Part shown: positions 1 through 5,292 of the stretch, one piece after another
Position numbering within the stretch: position 1 is the stretch's first letter
How the letters are laid out: every line of letters begins with the position of its first letter
Origin: a virus
Taxonomy: Duplodnaviria > Heunggongvirae > Uroviricota > Caudoviricetes
Reading direction: 5' to 3' (one strand)
Virus record (IMG/VR): IMGVR_UViG_2698536387_000007
Length of the DNA stretch: 6,005 nucleotides
The notes under the pieces: generated by a model
Told to the model about the DNA's origin: nothing
Database searches by the model: none
What the model saw: the letters and a program-made list of their open reading frames with translations, nothing else
Translations under genes and position numbers: made by a program

Positions 1-50
1 CAGTAGGTGTTCACCGTCGGCGGGTAAGGTAAAACCAAATCTATGAGCAT
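1..50 (-). CDS. rusA: RusA-like Holliday-junction resolvase, N-terminal fragment only (gene continues beyond the window start)
   Basis: Minus-strand ATG at 50..48 preceded by GAGGTGA, 12 nt downstream of the DUF968 stop. The 16 visible codons read MLIDLVLPYPPTVNTY, matching from memory the RusA N-terminal motif (LPWPPSxNxYY). Only a fragment is visible. Confidence 0.45.
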   Translation of the reverse strand, partial: MLIDLVLPYPPTVNTY

Positions 51-62
51 CAGTCACCTCTT

Positions 63-1112
63 TTACCCGAGCACGCCAGTCGCAAAGGCGTGATCAAGAA
101 AACGAAAAATTAACTCAATCTGAGAGCCGTACTTTTTCTCAAACTCCAGCGGGTCTGCATGAAGTTCGTTGTGGTGCTCCCGGCACAACGGTAGCGTGAA
201 AATATCGTGGGCCTTTGTCCCCATTCCCCCCTGACCATGACCAATCAGGTGATGCGGATCGTCAGCAGGCTTACCACAACACGCACACGGCTGTGTCTTT
301 ACCCAGCGCGTGTATTTCTCATTAACCCAACGGCAACGTTTAGGCCGCCTCATGAACGATTCAGGAGACTCCGGATCAACGGCGATACTGACAACCGTTT
401 TTTTCTGTGGTGGATTTTGTTGCTGGTGGACGTGAAGTGGCAGCGCAATATTTTTTGTGCGCTGCTTCAGTATGCTGATGGCTGTCTGTTCTCCCGGTAC
501 GATGTCACTCTCACGGTATACGGAGCGGATTTTTTCCGCTGGTAATCCCAGCGAACGACGCGCTACTGCCTCAGGTAGTGCATCCACCACCTGATTGCAG
601 GCCGCCCACCAGGATAATTCAGCCAGCGATAATTCACGCTCCTGTGTGCCATTCATTGCGTGACGAATGACGTCAATCATCCATGCTGACAAGTTTTGGT
701 GAGCAAGTTGCTCAAGTGATTCGGAGGTCTGGTCACGCAACTGGTTGTCGCAGTGCCAGCACAACACCATTGCGCCGGTACCATAACGGTGAATGACGGT
801 TTCACTGTGGTGATAATCGCCGTGTGGCCACTGGCAGGATTTAACATGGCGCAGTAACCAGTCAGACAATGCGCCAGCGCCACCAGCAGCACGAATCACT
901 CGTTCGTCGCTGAAAAATGGCAGTAATGATTTATCCTCCGCCAGCGGCTGGCGAACGGCAGGAACGACCCCGGACGGCAGATTACGCATGCTTTTCGGTT
1001 CCGGCTCCACCAGTACCCGGGTATTGTGGAATACCGGCATGGATTCACGGCCCGGCTTAACGATCACCAGCCCGAGTTCCGGTACCAGAACAGGTCGAAG
1101 TAATACCCGCAC
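63..1112 (-). CDS. ydfU: DUF968-family prophage protein (YdfU-like) with a C-terminal Cys/His HNH-like motif
   Basis: 349-aa ORF with GTG start at 1112 and GGAGG 4 nt upstream. C-terminus carries CACCGKPADDPHHLIGHGQGGMGTKAHDIFTLPLCREHHNELH (Cys pair plus spaced His). Position after hok and a rem-like gene matches my recollection of Qin-type prophage synteny. Family assignment is from memory. Confidence 0.75.
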   Translation of the reverse strand: MRVLLRPVLVPELGLVIVKPGRESMPVFHNTRVLVEPEPKSMRNLPSGVVPAVRQPLAEDKSLLPFFSDERVIRAAGGAGALSDWLLRHVKSCQWPHGDYHHSETVIHRYGTGAMVLCWHCDNQLRDQTSESLEQLAHQNLSAWMIDVIRHAMNGTQERELSLAELSWWAACNQVVDALPEAVARRSLGLPAEKIRSVYRESDIVPGEQTAISILKQRTKNIALPLHVHQQQNPPQKKTVVSIAVDPESPESFMRRPKRCRWVNEKYTRWVKTQPCACCGKPADDPHHLIGHGQGGMGTKAHDIFTLPLCREHHNELHADPLEFEKKYGSQIELIFRFLDHAFATGVLG

Positions 1113-1113
1113 G

Positions 1114-1392
1114 TTACCTCCAGATGCGTTGCTGGAATGTGCGGGACGGACGCGGTGGGCGTTCGGAGTAAGGAAGCCTGACGGAGATTATCCAGTGACG
1201 ATAATCGAGACTGAGGGCTTTCTTAACCTCGTATCCGCGCCTGCGGTAACACTGAATCAGCCATTCAGCCTGTTCTTCGGTGCAGGGGTCGTGCTGATAC
1301 CAGTCAGATTTGAATGCATGAGAACGCCGCCCGTGCCTGCTGGCAGGGGCGGCAGAGTTATCCGAATTGTAAAATTTGGTATCGTGCGCCAT
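1114..1392 (-). CDS. Small hypothetical protein, rem-like by position (92 aa)
   Basis: The 135-aa ORF in the track begins inside the intrinsic terminator, so its first ~43 codons are unlikely to be coding. First in-frame ATG after the terminator is 1392..1390 (MAHDTKFYNSD...), with a weak SD (GAGAAAACAG). Stop lies 1 nt from the DUF968 start. Confidence 0.45.
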   Translation of the reverse strand: MAHDTKFYNSDNSAAPASRHGRRSHAFKSDWYQHDPCTEEQAEWLIQCYRRRGYEVKKALSLDYRHWIISVRLPYSERPPRPSRTFQQRIWR

Positions 1393-1461
1393 CTGTTTTC
1401 TCTGCTGGCGCAGCAGGTGCCAGTTGTTCAGGCTGACGGATGGATTGTAAACCAGAACGAC

Positions 1462-1491
1462 CAGAAAAAACAAAACCCGCCGAAGCGGGTT
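1462..1491 (-). terminator. Rho-independent terminator ending the hok transcript
   Basis: On the minus strand: stem AACCCGC, UUCG tetraloop, stem GCGGGUU (1474-1491), followed directly by UUGUUUUUUCU (1473..1462). It sits 30 nt downstream of the hok stop. Confidence 0.8.
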
Positions 1492-1522
1492 AAGTGCGGG
1501 TGCGTTGAGGATGCCTGACACA

Positions 1523-1657
1523 TCAGCGGTGGCGAGGGATTTCTCCCCCGCCTGGTAATCGTACCTCGCAGAGGTCTTTCCTCGTTACCAGTGCCGTCAC
1601 TATGACGGTTAAACAGATGACGATCAGGGCGATTAACATCGCCTTTTGCTGCTTCAT
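1523..1657 (-). CDS. hok: Hok/Gef-family type I toxin, variant with the conserved C-terminal tail replaced (44 aa; possible deletion derivative or pseudogene)
   Basis: MKQQKAMLIALIVICLTVIVTALVTRKDLCEV matches the Hok/Gef/RelF transmembrane region as I remember it. SD AAGGAGAAG lies upstream of the ATG at 1657. The ORF then reads RLPGGGEIPRHR and stops, instead of the family tail (roughly IRTGQTEVAVFxAYE). The track's longer ORF (start 1714) is an in-frame leader extension, mok-like in position. Confidence 0.8.
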   Translation of the reverse strand: MKQQKAMLIALIVICLTVIVTALVTRKDLCEVRLPGGGEIPRHR

Positions 1658-1670
1658 AACCTGCTTCTCC

Positions 1671-1699
1671 TTGCCTTTCGGCGCGTAAGAGGCTAACCT
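1671..1699 (+). promoter_or_regulatory. Candidate promoter for the Sok-like antisense RNA
   Basis: Plus-strand TTGCCT (1671-1676), 17-nt spacer, TAACCT (1694-1699). This is antisense to the hok leader and start region, at the position where the R1 sok promoter lies as I recall it. The -10 is weak. Confidence 0.35.
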
Positions 1700-1705
1700 A
1701 CGTTT

Positions 1706-1780
1706 GTGAAGCATAGATTGGGCCTCAGATTAATGTTAAGCGTCTTGCAGGACGCGTAATGTTAACTGGGGCTTTTCTCT
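1706..1780 (+). ncRNA. sok: Candidate Sok-like antisense RNA (type I antitoxin)
   Basis: Predicted start about 7 nt after the -10. The region is antisense to the hok leader, including the upstream in-frame ATG (1714..1712) and its SD. A structured segment (outer stem CCUCAG/CUGGGG at 1723-1728/1765-1770, inner stem GCGUC/GACGC at 1740-1744/1751-1755) is followed by the U-rich tail CUUUUCUCU (1771-1780). Boundaries are approximate. Confidence 0.35.
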
Positions 1781-1832
1781 GTCTGCCTTACGGTGGCATG
1801 CCCGAGGCAGACAGCCTCAAGCACCCGCAGCA

Positions 1833-1860
1833 ATTCTACTTAACTCTCGCTTTACAGCAA
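1833..1860 (-). promoter_or_regulatory. Candidate sigma70 promoter for the hok mRNA
   Basis: Minus-strand TTGCTG (1860..1855), 16-nt spacer, TAGAAT (1838..1833). The predicted start near 1826-1829 falls at the beginning of the segment complementary to the 3' fbi element. Confidence 0.45.
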
Positions 1861-1900
1861 ACCGTTTTGCCCGATATGGGAATTCCCATACGGAATGAAT

Positions 1901-2005
1901 TCAGTTCCCCAGGCGCTCCATCAAAAACACAACCAGGCAGTAAACACCCACAACAGCAATAACAGCCAGAGCGCCTTCCATTACCAGTGAAATATCATCC
2001 GACAT
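1901..2005 (-). CDS. Putative 34-aa hydrophobic small protein (MSDDISLVMEGALAVIAVVGVYCLVVFLMERLGN)
   Basis: Below the length cutoff of the ORF track. ATG at 2005..2003 is preceded by a strong SD (AAGGGAGGG, 3-4 nt spacer). It encodes one predicted transmembrane helix and ends at TGA 1903..1901. No homolog recognised. Confidence 0.35.
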   Translation of the reverse strand: MSDDISLVMEGALAVIAVVGVYCLVVFLMERLGN

Positions 2006-2114
2006 ATTCCCTCCCTTGGTGTGAATCCCGGCGAACGTTTTTACCCCCACCGACAAATAACATATACTAGAAAAGCAATAGCTATAGCAACGCCTGCAAA
2101 TGCATCTGGCCGGC

Positions 2115-2678
2115 TCATTGGTTCTCCCCCTGTGTCGCTTCTACTGCGATCTGACTGGCGTATTCGTTAATGGTAACGATAAGTTCTTGCTCGACCTCAT
2201 CCAGACAACTACCGATACCTCGCCTGTCCACTTCAGAAGCATCGAAATCTGCACGAAGCCTGGCGACCTTCAGGATTGCGGACAACACCTCATCAGGGAT
2301 TGCCGGAGAGTTGGTTGACGTTTCCGAGATTATCCGAAAATTATTGGTTGACGAACCCTTATTTTCCCGAAAGTTTCCAGCCTGAAGCATGGCGGCGCGG
2401 TGACACCAGATAATCCAGCCAAGCGCCATATCCCATGCCATGTATTCTCTATCGCCATTTTTTGCTCTGCGGCGATCTACAGATTCCCCGAAACGCTTCT
2501 CCATAAATAATTCATAGGCTGCCCGTTCATCCGATACTGATGCCAGTGATGCCAGTGCAATTTTTAATGCGGTAAGCATGTTGTTTTGATCTTCATCGAG
2601 TCCGAACGGTATTTCATCCCGTGATGACTCAATTCCGGTAATCGTGTTCTGTAGCCATTCTTTGGTTAATTCAGTCAT
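2115..2678 (-). CDS. Hypothetical protein, 187 aa
   Basis: Long minus-strand ORF whose ATG at 2678..2676 sits 9 nt downstream of a stable GNRA hairpin. It is separated from the upstream gene by a 126-bp AT-rich gap. No recognisable motif. Confidence 0.6.
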   Translation of the reverse strand: MTELTKEWLQNTITGIESSRDEIPFGLDEDQNNMLTALKIALASLASVSDERAAYELFMEKRFGESVDRRRAKNGDREYMAWDMALGWIIWCHRAAMLQAGNFRENKGSSTNNFRIISETSTNSPAIPDEVLSAILKVARLRADFDASEVDRRGIGSCLDEVEQELIVTINEYASQIAVEATQGENQ

Positions 2679-2686
2679 TTTTCACT

Positions 2687-2704
2687 ACCGCCCTTTCGGG
2701 CGGT
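2687..2704 (-). promoter_or_regulatory. GNRA-tetraloop hairpin in the 5' leader of the 187-aa gene
   Basis: Perfect 7-bp inverted repeat ACCGCCC/GGGCGGT with a 4-nt loop (GAAA on the minus-strand RNA). No U-tract follows on either strand, so it is not a canonical terminator. Confidence 0.4.
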
Positions 2705-2804
2705 CTCCTGATGTTCTGAGGGTGCAGGAATCCCTCCGGTTAAGGATTTAATAAAAATCATTTCTGATTTAAATTTTCAGTGTTTAGTTGTTGGTTTATA
2801 GCCT

Positions 2805-3116
2805 TTATGCTTCGGCCTTATTTCTCAGCCATACACAAACAGGACCATCTTCGGTGTCATGTATCGAACCGATAAACCATCCCTCACCTTCTGGTCGCTC
2901 AGGTTCCCATGCTGAAATATCAGGGCCATCTGCGTCCAGATTAAAATCATCTTCATCCATACTACGGATAGCCCACTGAAGATTATTTTTCTCCATCCAG
3001 GCGTTAAACTCTTCCGTTGAAATATATTCCCGACCATCACAGAATTTTTCATATTCAGGATGCGTCCAGCAGCCATATTCATTACGTTCCACTGGCATTT
3101 CTTTAATTGCGCTCAT
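2805..3116 (-). CDS. Hypothetical acidic protein, 103 aa
   Basis: ATG at 3116..3114 with SD GGGGGG 4 nt upstream; overlaps the stop of the upstream gene (ATGA). Last gene of a four-gene coupled cassette. Confidence 0.6.
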   Translation of the reverse strand: MSAIKEMPVERNEYGCWTHPEYEKFCDGREYISTEEFNAWMEKNNLQWAIRSMDEDDFNLDADGPDISAWEPERPEGEGWFIGSIHDTEDGPVCVWLRNKAEA

Positions 3117-3301
3117 TTACCCCCCTTATTTAATTTTCTACGACACTTTTTACAATCATCTGGACTTTCGAATGTATCCGGCTCACGCTCATTGCCAAAA
3201 TACATCCACCCACCGCAAATACTTGTTATTTCACCTTCAGCAAAATAATGATGTTTTTTCGCCATAAGTGGCCTTGCCCAGCCCGGATTCGTTTTACTCA
3301 C
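3113..3301 (-). CDS. Small Cys-containing protein, 62 aa (possible Zn-ribbon-like)
   Basis: GTG start at 3301..3299 with a strong SD (AAGGAGG, 6-nt spacer). The GTGA overlaps the stop of the upstream gene. Cysteines at SICGGW and CKKCRRK. Confidence 0.5.
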   Translation of the reverse strand: MSKTNPGWARPLMAKKHHYFAEGEITSICGGWMYFGNEREPDTFESPDDCKKCRRKLNKGGK

Positions 3302-3654
3302 TTGTTGCCTCCTTTGCGAAGCTCTGCGACTAACTCGTCACATATGTGCGTCAAAGAGCAAAGTTTGATTGCTGGATGTTCGCGCACCATCTCCACACCC
3401 TGCGCCCGCAATTCTGCCAGAAAAGCGTAGGGGTCAGTTTTTTCACTGTGGTACATGGCATCATAGATAATCATTGCAGCGACACCTGCCTGTCCTGCAT
3501 CTGTGACGGATATATGCTCAAGGGCTACGGCCATTGCGTGTTTCAACCTCTCATTTTCCACCTCAAGCACCACACGATTAGCCTCCAGCTCTTCTATGCG
3601 TTTTTTTGCTGCTCCCAGCTCAACACGCAGCTCCTGATAGTTAATCTCGCTCAT
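3298..3654 (-). CDS. Hypothetical protein with an N-terminal coiled coil, 118 aa
   Basis: ATG at 3654..3652 with a strong SD (GGGAGGAAGGAGA). The ATGA overlaps the stop of the 74-aa gene. N-terminal heptad-like ELRVELGAAKKRIEELEANRVVLEVENERLK. Confidence 0.6.
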   Translation of the reverse strand: MSEINYQELRVELGAAKKRIEELEANRVVLEVENERLKHAMAVALEHISVTDAGQAGVAAMIIYDAMYHSEKTDPYAFLAELRAQGVEMVREHPAIKLCSLTHICDELVAELRKGGNK

Positions 3655-3875
3655 TCTCCTTCCTCCCGCACTGCTGTTTTATATGCCCGAAGCACATGCG
3701 ATGTTTTTCCTGACACAGTGCTTCTCAGAAAGAAAATTCCACTGGTGTTTATTACCAGATACGGGTCAGCAAGACGCAGCATATCCAGTATGTGATTATG
3801 TTTTCTTGTTTCCAGCACCGTACTTGAAATAAGCATATGTGACACGGGGCCGAAATCATGATATCTGATTTTCAT
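3651..3875 (-). CDS. Hypothetical protein, 74 aa
   Basis: ATG at 3875..3873 with SD-like GGGTGA 21 nt after the upstream stop. Its stop overlaps the next start. No motif recognised. Confidence 0.5.
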   Translation of the reverse strand: MKIRYHDFGPVSHMLISSTVLETRKHNHILDMLRLADPYLVINTSGIFFLRSTVSGKTSHVLRAYKTAVREEGE

Positions 3876-3896
3876 ATCATCACCCTGCTGTAAAAA

Positions 3897-4595
3897 TTAC
3901 CCGTTATCTCCTGTCGTTATTTTCTGTATGACATCACGATGCTTATTAATTTCCCGCAGCGCGGCGCATAAGCGCTCCCACTTCTGAACCTGACCTTTTG
4001 CCCGGCGCAGCTCGCGGTTAGCCACATGCAGCGATGGTAAAATCAGACCATCCGGATGCTTTCTGATGAACGACGACTGTGACTGCACTGTGACCGCCAC
4101 ACTTTCAGTTTTAATTTCTTCCTGTGTTTCCGCTTCCCGGACTGGTAACGCAACACCTGCCGGCTGAGGAAAGGCTTTACCATCGGTTTCCGTTACCGAT
4201 GCAGCTTTCGGCTCTGCCGGTAAATTATCGCCCGGTATGCAGTAACGATATTTACCGTCCTGATTTACGCGAATCAGACGACCTTTGCTGACAGCCATCG
4301 CCAGTGATGAATTCGCCCGGCGGGAGGTAATCCCGAACATTAACGCCAGTTCGTCAGCCGACTGAGGACCATGCTGTTCAATCGCGTTAATCAGCATCTC
4401 TGCAGTGGTTTTTGGGGCCGCTTCAGTTGCCTCACTCGTCAGCCACCACATCGACCCCTTGTTATCAGCTTCGCCACGACGCTTCAGCTTCCAGAGTTCG
4501 GTAACAGCATCGTCACGGCTGATTTCAAGACGGGCTGCAATCTCGTGCGACGAGGCTTTTTTCAGTGCTTTCAGTGCGTCAAAAACGGTTTCCAT
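3897..4595 (-). CDS. Winged-helix protein, Ren-like in domain and position (232 aa)
   Basis: Start chosen at 4595..4593 (METVFDALK...) because of the strong SD GGGAGG with 8-nt spacer. The track start at 4661 would overlap the P-like gene by 32 nt. Two winged-helix-like segments; the second ([42 protein letters not shown]) resembles lambda Ren from memory. It sits directly after the P-like gene, as ren does in lambda. Confidence 0.6.
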   Translation of the reverse strand: METVFDALKALKKASSHEIAARLEISRDDAVTELWKLKRRGEADNKGSMWWLTSEATEAAPKTTAEMLINAIEQHGPQSADELALMFGITSRRANSSLAMAVSKGRLIRVNQDGKYRYCIPGDNLPAEPKAASVTETDGKAFPQPAGVALPVREAETQEEIKTESVAVTVQSQSSFIRKHPDGLILPSLHVANRELRRAKGQVQKWERLCAALREINKHRDVIQKITTGDNG

Positions 4596-4629
4596 TAAAT
4601 TTTCCTCCCGGTAAAAATTACTTCTCAAC

Positions 4630-5292
4630 TCAGACAAAACCGGCCGCCTTCCGGCGCTCATATTCCTGTTTCAGCAACTCAATTGGCGTTGGCCCTGGCG
4701 GGCGTTTGGGTGCTGCCAGTTGTCGCCGGACTGGCGGAACACTGAGGCCATTACCAACATGCTTTGCCCATTTCGTCAGCTGCCTTTCCACAAGCCGTTT
4801 TAACTCCCCTTCGGTCATCTGGCGCTCAATCCCCTTTGAACGCATCTCGAGGCAAATGTGGTACAGCACCGGCTGTGGCCACGGGTATTTATCACTCCCG
4901 TCGTACCGCCAGGATTCATTCCTCCAGCGACGGTATTCCTCCATCACGGCATCCACCGTCAGGCCAAATGGATTTGCCCCGCTCTCCGAAATCAACGCCA
5001 CAAACTCAGCCAGATCCGGAGGCCACGTTTCACCCGCCCGGCAGCGGTCCATGCACCGACGGCAGATCTGCCGAATTTGCTGTTCAGTCATCGCGCCAAT
5101 CTGAGCAATCCAGAGTTTCGACGGCGCAGCCCCGTTCTTCTGAGTCCAGCGGTTCGAATACACCTCCCCCATAAGCTCCCACAGCTTCCAGGCCGTTTCC
5201 GTTGCTGATAAATCCGTTTTCACGTTCCCACTGTTCGCGTGCAGCCCGGATTTCCTGAACTGCCCGTGATGCGGTGCCACCTGGTGCTGCAT
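4630..5292 (-). CDS. P: Lambda P-like replication protein (DnaB helicase loader)
   Basis: C-terminal two-thirds match lambda P as I recall it (TEQQIRQ..., [21 protein letters not shown], similar length). ATG at 5292..5290 has a good SD (AGGGGGT, 5-nt spacer). This start implies a 208-nt overlap with the O-like ORF; alternative in-frame starts are at 5172 and 5091. Confidence 0.75.
   Translation of the reverse strand: MQHQVAPHHGQFRKSGLHANSGNVKTDLSATETAWKLWELMGEVYSNRWTQKNGAAPSKLWIAQIGAMTEQQIRQICRRCMDRCRAGETWPPDLAEFVALISESGANPFGLTVDAVMEEYRRWRNESWRYDGSDKYPWPQPVLYHICLEMRSKGIERQMTEGELKRLVERQLTKWAKHVGNGLSVPPVRRQLAAPKRPPGPTPIELLKQEYERRKAAGFV

Noticed and set aside
677-892. Minus-strand 71-aa ORF inside the DUF968 gene
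   Set aside because: Alternative frame nested entirely within the longer DUF968 ORF; Cys/Thr-rich shadow translation.
1393-1521. N-terminal 43 codons of the 135-aa ORF (1114..1521)
   Set aside because: This stretch spans the intrinsic terminator hairpin and U-tract (1462-1491) and the hok 3' fbi element. The translation (MSGILNAPALNPLRRVLFFLVV...) looks like read-through of structured RNA, so the start was moved to 1392.
1658-1714. In-frame upstream extension of hok (MLHKRRLASYAPKGKEKQV) as the hok start
   Set aside because: Hok-family proteins begin at the MKQ... methionine, which has its own SD. The upstream ATG sits where the mok leader reading frame begins in hok/sok loci and is best treated as a regulatory leader ORF.
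2538-2555. Tandem 9-bp duplication TGATGCCAG x2
   Set aside because: It lies inside the 187-aa coding sequence, keeps the frame and simply encodes LAS-LAS; probably a slippage duplication with no separate function.
2687-2704. The ACCGCCC/GGGCGGT hairpin as an intrinsic terminator
   Set aside because: No U-rich tract follows the stem on either strand, and it sits 9 nt upstream of a start codon. More likely a 5' UTR structure.
2825-3082. Minus-strand 85-aa ORF inside the 103-aa gene
   Set aside because: Nested in an alternative frame within the 103-aa gene and lacks an SD, whereas the 103-aa gene is start-stop coupled to the 62-aa gene upstream.
4596-4661. Track start at 4661 for the winged-helix gene
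   Set aside because: It would overlap the P-like gene by 32 nt and has no SD. The internal ATG at 4595 has a strong GGGAGG SD with an 8-nt spacer.
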